A stretch of 64,000 nucleotides of DNA from a virus, in IMG/VR virus record IMGVR_UViG_3300025138_000025, positions 1 to 64,000 of that record; one strand, 5' to 3'. Position 1 is the stretch's first letter. Each line of letters opens with the position of its first letter. A program made the position numbers and the translations under genes. Of this stretch, positions 18,250 to 27,026 are shown piece by piece. The notes under the pieces were generated by a model. The model saw nothing but the letters and a program-made list of their open reading frames with translations, made no database searches and was not told the DNA's origin.

Positions 18250-18479
18250 ACAAGCTAATCATAATCGTAGCTTCTATGGGTTGCCTAGCATTTCTAATGC
18301 TGGGTTTCTCATGGGGAGAGAACTTACTCAATCAAGAATATATAACGAGGTTTGATTATCTCATACTGATTTTTTCAGGTATGGGAACTATACTTTGTAT
18401 AAATGTATTGTTCTTAATTGATGACTATAAGGCTAACAGCGAGAGCCTTTTACAATCTCGCAATTCATGGAGCAAATAA
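18234..18479 (+). CDS. Pre-early membrane protein (2 TM)
   Basis: Two hydrophobic helices. Confidence 0.6.
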   Translation: MVSEMNKLIIIVASMGCLAFLMLGFSWGENLLNQEYITRFDYLILIFSGMGTILCINVLFLIDDYKANSESLLQSRNSWSK

Positions 18480-18656
18480 AATGCCATTGATAAATAAAAA
18501 GGAAACGCCTAAACCTAAAACATGGGCAAAATATACCAAGACTGAGAAGGCTAATCTCATAAGAGTTAATACTAAGTTAGTATTAAAAGATATTGAGAGA
18601 AGCCCCCACGAGGTATTAAATGAATTAGCAATTCATTTTGGCGTAGGTATTCAATC

Positions 18657-19586
18657 TTGAACGCCTTAAACAATCAACACAAGCGAGTTATCGCTTGTGT
18701 TGTTGATACTGAATGTTGTTATAAAAATACTAAGACTCATGGATTGGTTTTCCATTTTGGGGCAGTATTTGGAGACATCACGCAAGAACACACTTTTGAA
18801 ACTTATAATATGGATTATTACGTTGAAGAAGTTATAACGAATATTGAGAACGCTTACTTCAAGAAGAAGGGAATGTTCAAACAATATAACGAGGTATCTG
18901 AAGAATGGGAACTTGTCGAGGGGTGGATATACAATATCAATCCTATGTTTCAAGAAGCTCAAAAAGATGCTTTTAAAAATCCTCATAAGGTTAAGAAATG
19001 GAAAGAAATTATGAGAGAATTTAATCGTGAACTAATTACAAGAAATGTTGATTACATCACTTCTTATAATTACAACTTCGATATTGGAAGCAATAGAAAA
19101 GTTGGCACAATTAGATTAACTCAAAATCAGCTTTCAGATAAAGGTTTCTATATGCCTAGAGGGATTGAGCATTTTGATTTAATGGAAATATCAGCTATTT
19201 GTTTAGCTAATAGGACTTTTAGAACATGGCTTAATTCTTTAGATAACGAGGAACGCGAGAAAATGCTAACAGCTAAAGGTAATAAATCTTATTCAGCACA
19301 AACAATGCTGAGATATTTATCAAAAGATTTATATTACATTGAGCAACATACAGCATTGAGAGACGCCTTATGTGAATTTAGATTATTAATGGAATTGTGG
19401 AAAGGTAATAAATCAATTATCAAAAAGCATTTTGTTAATAATGTTCAAGGCGTATCAAGGTCTGATTTTGAGAATGGGGTTTCTGTAAAGCAATCTCTAA
19501 TCAATAGGACTAAGAGAGCCAAAGGCAAAAAGGCAATGACTGTAAAAGCAAAACAACTTCAACTAAAACTCGAAGGGGGTAAATAA
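18657..19586 (+). CDS. DEDDh 3'-5' exonuclease-like pre-early protein
   Basis: VVDTE (ExoI), YNYNFD (ExoII), HTALRDA (ExoIII). Confidence 0.8.
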   Translation: MNALNNQHKRVIACVVDTECCYKNTKTHGLVFHFGAVFGDITQEHTFETYNMDYYVEEVITNIENAYFKKKGMFKQYNEVSEEWELVEGWIYNINPMFQEAQKDAFKNPHKVKKWKEIMREFNRELITRNVDYITSYNYNFDIGSNRKVGTIRLTQNQLSDKGFYMPRGIEHFDLMEISAICLANRTFRTWLNSLDNEEREKMLTAKGNKSYSAQTMLRYLSKDLYYIEQHTALRDALCEFRLLMELWKGNKSIIKKHFVNNVQGVSRSDFENGVSVKQSLINRTKRAKGKKAMTVKAKQLQLKLEGGK

Positions 19587-19807
19587 TGAATGAAGGTAAC
19601 AAATGGCTGACTATTGATAAAGATGTCAAATATACGCAACTTGAACTCGACCTAAAACAGGGCGAGTTTCCATATATGGACGAAGCAAGTTACAGGCGAG
19701 ATTTGATAAAAGACAAAAGGAGACAACGAAAACTCCCTAGTCATCTAAAGCATTTATCAGATGAAGCAATAAAATCTCTGAAAACTATGTTTGCGAGAAG
19801 GTTTTAA
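19586..19807 (+). CDS. Hypothetical protein
   Basis: GAAGGGGGT SD, coupled. Confidence 0.55.
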   Translation: MNEGNKWLTIDKDVKYTQLELDLKQGEFPYMDEASYRRDLIKDKRRQRKLPSHLKHLSDEAIKSLKTMFARRF

Positions 19808-20072
19808 AATGACCTATCAGCAAATAAGAAATCGAGATAAAATCAAAACATGGTTATCAGTCAACGCTGATAACCTTGTTATGTGGCTTGGGATTTGCTT
19901 TGTATTCTTAGGACTACAGGGAATATATCCAATCGAGCAAGATATAGGAATAACATCAATAACGATTGGCAACATTGCAATATTCATTTCAGCAATCTAT
20001 AAGGAAAATGTAGAACTTGCTGTGATAACTATTGTTATGGTTGTCGCTCAAATATCACAGGTGCTTTTATGA
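19791..20072 (+). CDS. Small membrane protein
   Basis: Three hydrophobic segments. Confidence 0.55.
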   Translation: MREGFKMTYQQIRNRDKIKTWLSVNADNLVMWLGICFVFLGLQGIYPIEQDIGITSITIGNIAIFISAIYKENVELAVITIVMVVAQISQVLL

Positions 20073-20617
20073 ACTTGTTAAAAAATGAATGTGGGGCGAA
20101 CATAGAGAGGTTTTATAATCTCACGCCTACTATCTATATTTATGATATTGATGGAACGATAGTTAATTCAAGTCATAGGCATTTATCAAATGCTGATGGC
20201 TCGATTAACTTAAACGCATGGAGAGAAAACTCAACAAGGGAATTGATACAGCATGACGATTTAATGCCTTTATCAGTTCAATGCAATCAGCACTATAAAA
20301 ATGGCAATATGGTAATTTTATGTACTGCTGATGTTATCCCTGTTGGGGGTGCTAGATATGAATGGCTTATATCTAATGGCATTTTATTCGATAGGTTGAT
20401 ATCAAGACCTGTTGACTGCATGACTGTTGATTTTGTTTTGAAGCAAAACCAATTAGCTTATCTTTATAGGTTAAGAACTTATGCAAAATGCGACAAGGTA
20501 ATGTATGACGATAATACTAATAATCTAATGGCAATCGCTGAATTAGGTAAAAAGTATAATCAGCCTACATACTGTTATGAGCCTTATGAGAACGGGAGTT
20601 TATATCGTGCATATTGA
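20069..20617 (+). CDS. HAD-superfamily phosphatase (PNKP/dmp-like)
   Basis: YDIDGT, ILCTA, K, MYDDN motifs. Confidence 0.8.
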   Translation: MNLLKNECGANIERFYNLTPTIYIYDIDGTIVNSSHRHLSNADGSINLNAWRENSTRELIQHDDLMPLSVQCNQHYKNGNMVILCTADVIPVGGARYEWLISNGILFDRLISRPVDCMTVDFVLKQNQLAYLYRLRTYAKCDKVMYDDNTNNLMAIAELGKKYNQPTYCYEPYENGSLYRAY

Positions 20618-20780
20618 TAAAGAGGAAATCTTAGAGGGGGAGCAATCCCCCACTCCTAAACTAAGAATTAAAATTCCCTGTATGTCATGCAATGGGAAAG
20701 GGCAATCAATTAATATTAATGGTGATTATTTAATTGATGATTGCTCGGCTTGTAATGGCTTCGGATATTTTGAAGAATAA
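20577..20780 (+). CDS. DnaJ-type zinc-finger small protein
   Basis: CMSCNGKG and CSACNGFG. Confidence 0.55.
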   Translation: MSLMRTGVYIVHIDKEEILEGEQSPTPKLRIKIPCMSCNGKGQSININGDYLIDDCSACNGFGYFEE

Positions 20781-20805
20781 CAAATCCTTGTAATGTTGGA
20801 TTTTG

Positions 20806-20849
20806 ATCTGAATGGGTTGAGAGAAATCTTAATCCATTCAGATTTTTTT
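20806..20849 (+). terminator. Intrinsic terminator closing the pre-early operon
   Basis: ATCTGAATGGGTTGAGA-GAAA-TCTTAATCCATTCAGAT followed by a T-run. Confidence 0.85.
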
Positions 20850-21163
20850 ATTTCTAAAAATGATAGTAAGCACTTACTATAAATGATAATCATTCTCATT
20901 TAAAAAAATTCGAAAATTTTTTTATATGCGCCGAAGGCGCCGACCAGTGCAGTAACGAAACGATGTGACGTGGACCTGCGCCGCAGTACAGTACCGAAAC
21001 GATATGTCAGTGTCTACACGAAGCCAACGGCGCCCATTATAACACAAATCTTGGTCGGGGTCAAGGATTATTTTCACTTTTTTGGAAAAACTTTCGGGAC
21101 ATTAGTCTACTTGGGCAGCCCCGCTGCACTGATAGTGAGTACTTACTATCATTTAAAGGCAAT

Positions 21164-21186
21164 AAAAAACCCACCGAAGTGGGTTT
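21164..21186 (-). terminator. Intrinsic terminator (UUCG hairpin)
   Basis: AAACCCAC-TTCG-GTGGGTTT plus T-run on the minus strand. Confidence 0.75.
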
Positions 21187-21200
21187 CGACTTTTGTCACT

Positions 21201-21368
21201 TTAGCTGAAGAGTTTTGCTAAGCGGACGATTGTCTCTTTGTTTGCTCTTTCTAAAGAGTTTAGAGTACCGACATCTGTTCCGATTTGCTCTTCTAAAGCA
21301 CGCACTAATGCGACTTTGGTTGGTTCTGCTTTTTTAGCGACTTTTGTTTGTTTTGCTTTTTCCATCAT
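21201..21368 (-). CDS. Small protein resembling the A2 C-terminal domain (55 aa, not in the ORF track)
   Basis: Own promoter at 21389-21416, AGGAG SD, TKVALVRALEEQIG...LNSLERANKETIVRL, and a terminator. Confidence 0.7.
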   Translation of the reverse strand: MMEKAKQTKVAKKAEPTKVALVRALEEQIGTDVGTLNSLERANKETIVRLAKLFS

Positions 21369-22045
21369 TTTCTCCTAAATATGGGTATATTATAGGCGCT
21401 TTGACTAGAAAGTCAATAGGTAAAGTGAAAATAAATCAATTATTTTAAGGAACTTTTGTCGACTTTGGCAAATCGCGCCGATTTTATCACACTCTGGGAG
21501 ACTTGTCAATAGTTTTTTCAAAAATATCGCCAGAAATTATATTCTTACGAGTCTAGTTGGCGAAAATTTGCACAAACCCACTAGAATGGGCACTTCAGAG
21601 ACGAAAAACAGCGTAAGACCCCGTAGCGGGGGCGCCGAAGTGCCAAAACGAAGTGCGAAAACGACGGTGCATGCGCCGAAGTGCTAAAACGAAGTACAAA
21701 AACGATGTTTTTACGAGCTAATCCTATTTTAACACACTTTGGCGGGGTTGTCAATAGATATTTTGCGTTTTTTGGGGAAATTTGGGGAAACCCCGAGCAG
21801 GTTTCGCGTCCCGGCCCCCGAAGTAACTTGTGTTTATTTGCAAATAATTCACTGTAACTATTGACAAACCTAATCAATGCGCTTATAATATATATATTAT
21901 GAAAAAAGATAAAGAGATAACCCAAGACTACTTCGCAAAACAATCAATTGCAGCAAAGTTTTTTTGGAAAGTTATTGACATTCTTGATGACATTGAGTAT
22001 AATATACTTATAAACAAAAACAAACCAACATTAAAGGGCAAAATT

Positions 22046-22360
22046 ATGGCAACAACAGTAAAAAATTACACAGATGAAATGGTCGCATCAATGGTAGAAG
22101 CTTACACAGCAGAACCAACAAGAGAGACTGTAGACTCATTAGCACAAGAGTTAGGCAAAACTACAAGAAGTATCATTGCTAAACTTTCAAGAGAGGGCGT
22201 GTACCAAGCACAACCGAGAACAACTAAATCTGGAGAGCCTGTAGTATCAAAAGCAGAACTCGTCAGTGCAATTGCTTCTCACTTCGACATTGAAGTACCG
22301 ACTCTAGTGAAAGCAGGTAAGCAAGACCTACAGAAATTAGTCGACGCAATCAATTCCTAA
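22046..22360 (+). CDS. T5 A2-like DNA-binding protein
   Basis: NYTDE..EAY..LAQELGKTTRSIIAKLSREGVY..SKAELV; promoters at 21861-21889 and 21975-22003. Confidence 0.7.
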   Translation: MATTVKNYTDEMVASMVEAYTAEPTRETVDSLAQELGKTTRSIIAKLSREGVYQAQPRTTKSGEPVVSKAELVSAIASHFDIEVPTLVKAGKQDLQKLVDAINS

Positions 22361-22463
22361 TGGAACTCGCAGGAATGGTGGGGTTCGTAATCGGACTTCA
22401 CCTCCTAATGAGATTTATTGAGTGGAGTAGTCACCTATAGACTGGAGTGATGACCTAATCATC

Positions 22464-22591
22464 ACATTTTAAAGTGGGAACACGAAAGCAGGAAGTGACT
22501 ACGGAAGCACACCTAAAAGGGAAGTAGCAAGTTCGACTCTTGTCCTAACTTTCGGAAGGTTCATTCGAATTGAACTCCCACCTTAAAATGT
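22464..22591 (+). ncRNA. Candidate tRNA-like structured RNA with two T-loop hairpins
   Basis: 16-bp closing stem; GCAAG-TTCGACT-CTTGT and GTTCA-TTCGAAT-TGAAC. Confidence 0.5.
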
Positions 22592-22623
22592 ACAAAGTTT
22601 TTCAAGATTTTCCTAAATATTTC

Positions 22624-22652
22624 TTGACAAATGGTAAGAAAGTCTGTATAAT
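22624..22652 (+). promoter_or_regulatory. Promoter TTGACA-17-TATAAT (near-duplicate of 22804-22832)
   Basis: Perfect consensus hexamers. Confidence 0.85.
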
Positions 22653-22803
22653 ATACTTATATTCAGAAAAAGAGAAGGGAAATGGAAATAAGGGCAACTT
22701 GCAAAGCAATCCTGATTAACCTGACCGACTCTAAGTGGATGCAACCCCGTTGGGATTGAGTCAAAGTTTTAACTACCAAGTAGTAAATAAACCAAAATTC
22801 TTC

Positions 22804-22832
22804 TTGACAAATGGTTAGAAAGTGGATATAAT
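22804..22832 (+). promoter_or_regulatory. Promoter TTGACA-17-TATAAT driving the large ncRNA candidate
   Basis: Perfect consensus hexamers. Confidence 0.88.
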
Positions 22833-22838
22833 ATATAT

Positions 22839-23936
22839 TCAGAAACAAAAAATAGACGACATTGAAATACAGGCAAAAATTAATGATTGAGCTGTGACCT
22901 CCTCGGAGTGAGCCAATAAATAAACCTTCAAAGTCGTACCTCTCGACAGTGGCAGTTCAACGAGATTAAAAAATGCAAACGAGACATTGCCTGCTGCATC
23001 GCAAGTATAGTCTAAAACAAGGGAAGCGAGCCGGCAGTACAATATGTGCCGAAGGGACGGAGAGACGCAGTATTCAATAATTCTACTGTAAGCCACGCCA
23101 TGCGATTCAGCTTTAGCTGTCAAGTGGAGAGTAGGATTACCTAAGAATGTAGTGATAAGCAGTATTGCAGTTACCACCATTGAGTGCTGAACTGAACAGC
23201 GAGAGCATATCGTTAAAACGGAAAGGACAGCATAGTCGTAAGAGTAATTCCTAAACAAGACTTTTCGACAGGTGATTGAGGCGTAGATACATCCATAATA
23301 TCTCGTAGACGAAGCACTATATCGTCTTTAATTATCAGTAGTAAGTGGGCAAGGTGTCTATTCGAGAGACACCACGCTAACCTGCGGTGTAGACCAACCA
23401 ATTGCATGATGACGATTGTTGAAACGGACTTCGGTCGTATAGTAAACAATTAGCAGTGCCGTCGAGTAGGAGTCGCCACATACAGTAGAGGAAAACGCTT
23501 CGGCGTAACGCCTTGAAGAGTGGAATAACGACACATAATCGAATGTATGGTAGAGTTGACGGGGGCAGTTAGCAACTTTAATCAGTGTGCGAGTGATGAG
23601 AAGAAAGGCAGTAGCTCTGTCAAACACAGGAGCAATCTTTGTGTATATCTCTCACCGACAAGTAATGTGAGCATATTAATTATTAGCGAGTAGCAGTATC
23701 GTCTAAAAGTGGGAAGAAACAGCATCTTCGGATGGGGGCTTCAATGTAAGTCCGACATGGAATAGAAAGCCAAACTCTGCACAGAGTGAGTGAGTAATCC
23801 TTAAGTCTCTACACTTCTAGCAGTAAGACTACCATCGCAAGTGCGAGGAGACTAATTACCTCTCGTGCGACACTCAAAAACCAATCTATTGATGAGTTTT
23901 TAGGGCAGTTGAATTAACTTTCATCTGCCTTTTTTT
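22839..23936 (+). ncRNA. Candidate large (~1.1 kb) ornate non-coding RNA
   Basis: Promoter-to-terminator unit with no plus-strand ORF of 60 aa or more; higher GC than flanks; C(UUCG)G hairpins, repeated loop-E AGUA/GAA motifs, possible long-range pairing. Confidence 0.72.
23902..23936 (+). terminator. Intrinsic terminator
   Basis: AGGGCAGTTGAA...TTCATCTGCCT followed by a T-run. Confidence 0.8.
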
Positions 23937-24049
23937 ATTCCCACCAAAACATAACATCAAAATTCCAAACATAATTAAATATAGTTCTTGACAAACAGGT
24001 CAAACATCTGTATAATATACTTATATTTAAAAAAGGAGAGATTAAAATT

Positions 24050-24442
24050 ATGATGTGGCAAGAATTATCAAATTGGGAAGACAATCATAACTCGATAGTG
24101 TTCGGAGTTATGAGTACAGAAGATGTGCGAGAGTCACTTTCATACTGGAACGCCTTCGAAAAAGACGAAGATGAGTTCATTTGCGACATCAATGATGTAA
24201 GTGAGAGACTTATTATGGCAAGTATGAAGTATGCTTACAACACAATCGACGAACCAACATACAACTATATGCTAGAGGTTATCTACGACCACTTAGTAGA
24301 CACACTAAAAGAACGCATCAAAGATGCAGTAGACCAACAGCGACCACATAATATTACTAAAGGTAATTTATGGAACAGCGAAACAAAAGAGTTTGATAAG
24401 GTCAGTGACTTTATGAGACAGAGACAAACAGAATTATTTTAA
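24050..24442 (+). CDS. Hypothetical early protein
   Basis: Promoter at 23988-24016 and AAGGAG SD. Confidence 0.7.
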   Translation: MMWQELSNWEDNHNSIVFGVMSTEDVRESLSYWNAFEKDEDEFICDINDVSERLIMASMKYAYNTIDEPTYNYMLEVIYDHLVDTLKERIKDAVDQQRPHNITKGNLWNSETKEFDKVSDFMRQRQTELF

Positions 24443-24452
24443 GGAGAGCGTA

Positions 24453-24677
24453 ATGCCAACAAAATTCAAACAATCAGAAAAAGTGTTTAAGCGTGGAGTG
24501 AAAGCGTCTAAACTAAAAGACAAGCACTTCTATATCAAAGATGTGAACAAGGACGAACTGTTCAAGTGCATTAATGAAGATAGAACAAAGCCAAAGCAAA
24601 GACAAAAGTGTCTAAATGAGTTGGCGAGACGAGGCATCCAAATTAACTGGGTAGAGCCAAGTGAGGTGACGACATGA
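24453..24677 (+). CDS. Hypothetical early protein
   Basis: AAGGAG SD. Confidence 0.65.
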   Translation: MPTKFKQSEKVFKRGVKASKLKDKHFYIKDVNKDELFKCINEDRTKPKQRQKCLNELARRGIQINWVEPSEVTT

Positions 24678-24811
24678 GATGGGGTGGAAAGACACAACAC
24701 ATTAGTGTAAAAAAGAAAACATCACAAGGCGATAGCCACAACAGAGTGAGTCTTAACATGAACAAGAACAAAAAGCGTTCATTCAAGAAGTACAAAGGTC
24801 AGGGCAGATAA
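24674..24811 (+). CDS. Small basic protein (not in the ORF track)
   Basis: GAGGTG SD; KKTSQG...NKNKKRSFKKYKGQGR. Confidence 0.65.
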   Translation: MRWGGKTQHISVKKKTSQGDSHNRVSLNMNKNKKRSFKKYKGQGR

Positions 24812-25100
24812 TGTTCGGATTCGAAGTATATTTTCTAATCGCAGTGCTGCTATTCATAGTGGCACTCAACTTACCAAGGTGGTGGTAATATGGGTAAAGT
24901 AATACAATTTCCTACAGTAACGGAAGCAAAGAAACTTCGTGATGCACTACAAGAGTGCGAACACGAAATAAAGTTGTGCCTAAATGATTTGGCAGAACTA
25001 AACGATATGGTCGTAGACCTCACAATGGAGTATGAAATCATGCTTAATAGATTGTGTGAATTAAATGGCATTAGATTGCCAGAGGAGTTAAAGTTAGAAG

Positions 25101-25379
25101 ATGATTAAAGGTAGTATGATGTATGACCAGCATGGTCGTAAGCGTAAAGTAAAGAAACTATACGCAAGTAAGAAAGCGACACCTAATTTCGCTAAACAAG
25201 AAACAAAAACATTTAAGAGTACGAAGGACATCCCTAGTATGCCGATTGGAGAATACAAGACACCAACGGACAACTCTTACAAACAAGAAGTATCAAAGCA
25301 ATATACGGTATCAGTTGCTTATAATAAAGGTGCATATCAAGTGATACCAAGACAAGAGGTAAAAGACATTGGCAAATAA
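25101..25379 (+). CDS. Hypothetical phage protein
   Basis: YTVSVAYNKGAYQVI motif. Confidence 0.65.
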   Translation: MIKGSMMYDQHGRKRKVKKLYASKKATPNFAKQETKTFKSTKDIPSMPIGEYKTPTDNSYKQEVSKQYTVSVAYNKGAYQVIPRQEVKDIGK

Positions 25380-25625
25380 ATACAATAGACATTACGCAGT
25401 AGGTATGTGGGCGAATGGAAGTAAGATAACAAACATACAGTATCCAAGTGATACTAAACAAGCGTGGCAGGGAGAATGTCCTGCTAGAAACACGATACAT
25501 ATGTTCGTGAAGTTAGAAAATGGTACAGTTCTTCGAGATGACGAATTGATACTAGACAGAAAGAAGTGGGAAGCACTTCAGGATATGGAGAAGTTCATAT
25601 CCGATATAAGTGAAGGAGTGGCGTA

Positions 25626-26060
25626 ATGAGTAAGATAAACGACTATGCAAAGTTTGTAGACCAGTGCACATCCGAAACAAGTAAAGATACTACTAAAATG
25701 TGCGATAGACTAGACAAACTAATGGGAAACCACACTATGCAGAATGGAGTAATGATTGACTGTGAAATAGACATGGCAAGACTAATGACTGCACTTATAG
25801 GCATGATGGCTGAGAGTGGAGAGTTTGCTGAAGTAGTGAAGAAAAAAGTATTCCAAAACAACACACAGTTCACAAACGACGAGATTTTTCACATGAAAAG
25901 AGAGTTAGGAGATGTGTTGTGGTATTGGGTACAGGGATGCAAAGCCCTTGGCTTTACCCCCGAAGAAGTGATGGACGAGAACATCAGAAAACTAGAGAAG
26001 CGTTATCCTAATGGCTTCGAGGTAATTAGAAGTGAAGTAAGACAGGAAGGTGACATATGA
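25626..26060 (+). CDS. MazG-like NTP pyrophosphohydrolase
   Basis: ESGEFAEVVKK, RELGDVLWY, NIRKLEKRYP. Confidence 0.88.
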   Translation: MSKINDYAKFVDQCTSETSKDTTKMCDRLDKLMGNHTMQNGVMIDCEIDMARLMTALIGMMAESGEFAEVVKKKVFQNNTQFTNDEIFHMKRELGDVLWYWVQGCKALGFTPEEVMDENIRKLEKRYPNGFEVIRSEVRQEGDI

Positions 26061-26145
26061 TAGATATGATTATAAACTTCTTTGCTGTAATAGGCTTTGG
26101 AACGAGTGCTTTTGGTTTATATATACTATGGGAGAACTTTAAATA

Positions 26146-26766
26146 ATGGCAAATCATGTATATTTTAACATTACTGAGCATGAAGCTGAAGTAATGGACA
26201 AATTAGTAAAAACTGAGGAAAGAACCGTAACCACCAACTGGTCAGGAGAACCCATAGAGCCATATACAGTAACAGAAATCGTAGAACTAGAAGAACAACC
26301 TTTTATGCCTAACGATTGTACTGACGATACCATGTATGATTGGTATATGAATAATGTAGGAGCCAAGTGGTGTCATTTAGAAGACCACGATGACGGTACA
26401 TTATCAGGTTATAGTGCTTGGAGTCCTCCAACAGAAATGTTTGAGCATTTATCAGTAGCAATTAGTAACAAATGTGGACACAGTGTGTTTACTAGAATGA
26501 CTTATGAAGATGAGTTCAGAAACTTTGTAGGAGTTGCTACCTGTGAAACAGAAATGCTCGATGGAGAGTGGATAGCTGTCCTAGATTATGAAGAAATCGA
26601 AGGTGAAGACATAAATATTCGCTTCAAAGAGGAATATCCAGACATAGACATTGATGCAGAAGACTTTGACTGGCATGGAGAGTACGAAACCGAAGATGGA
26701 AGTGTATATCCTAATGAAGTGTGCGACGACTATGTGTACAACTTCTTTGATAGAGGAGAGTGGTAA
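26146..26766 (+). CDS. Acidic protein, YubB/DUF1281 ferredoxin-like
   Basis: MANH, WY.NNVGAKW, SAWSPP. Confidence 0.55.
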   Translation: MANHVYFNITEHEAEVMDKLVKTEERTVTTNWSGEPIEPYTVTEIVELEEQPFMPNDCTDDTMYDWYMNNVGAKWCHLEDHDDGTLSGYSAWSPPTEMFEHLSVAISNKCGHSVFTRMTYEDEFRNFVGVATCETEMLDGEWIAVLDYEEIEGEDINIRFKEEYPDIDIDAEDFDWHGEYETEDGSVYPNEVCDDYVYNFFDRGEW

Positions 26767-27026
26767 TGAGTCAATACGACAGTATAGTAGAGAAACAACG
26801 CCTACTACTAGAAGCAGAGGAGTGGTCAACAAAAGTTAAACTCATTCATGCACACAGTGTAGGTTCGATGTGGTATGATGACACTAACAATACCGAAAAA
26901 GTAATAGACCTAGAGTACTGGAACGGAACTGTATTGAGAGAGATTATCAGTACTGGAGAGAAGAAGTGGTTCGGAGAACAACTAGTAGGAGAGGAGTTAG
27001 TAGATGCATACCAAAGAAACAGCTAG
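26760..27026 (+). CDS. Hypothetical protein
   Basis: Coupled ORF with GGAG SD. Confidence 0.6.
   Translation: MVMSQYDSIVEKQRLLLEAEEWSTKVKLIHAHSVGSMWYDDTNNTEKVIDLEYWNGTVLREIISTGEKKWFGEQLVGEELVDAYQRNS

Larger units (their letters stand above)
20861..21760. repeat. Injection-stop-signal-like block of direct repeats and palindromes
   Basis: 33-bp direct repeat at 21632-21664 and 21673-21705; related pair at 20937-20964 and 20978-21003; palindromes at 20861-20881 and 21130-21151; position after pre-early genes as in T5. Confidence 0.65.

Noticed and set aside
20928-21705. CRISPR array
   Set aside because: Only pairs of repeats with 8-13 bp gaps, no regular repeat-spacer periodicity, and no cas genes
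17392-21943. ORFs 17392-17757 (-), 20970-21221 (+) and 21581-21943 (-)
   Set aside because: They run across promoters, repeats and terminators, lack an SD and have implausible composition
22447-22465. GTGATGA-CCTAA-TCATCAC as a CRP site linked to the phage cyclase
   Set aside because: Spacing does not fit TGTGA-N6-TCACA; it is more likely an RNA hairpin
22490-22546. Canonical tRNA gene
   Set aside because: A T-arm is present, but there is no 7-bp acceptor stem, D-arm or anticodon arm at canonical spacing
22663-23627. Minus-strand ORFs 22663-22848, 22839-23258, 23213-23449 and 23358-23627
   Set aside because: No SD or promoter, atypical composition, and antisense to a clear plus-strand promoter-terminator unit
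22839-23936. Group I/II intron, tmRNA or RNase P identity for the large RNA
   Set aside because: It interrupts no gene; I could not find group II domain V, a tmRNA TTCGA..CCA end, or the RNase P GAGGAAAGTCC signature by eye. A cmscan run is still needed.
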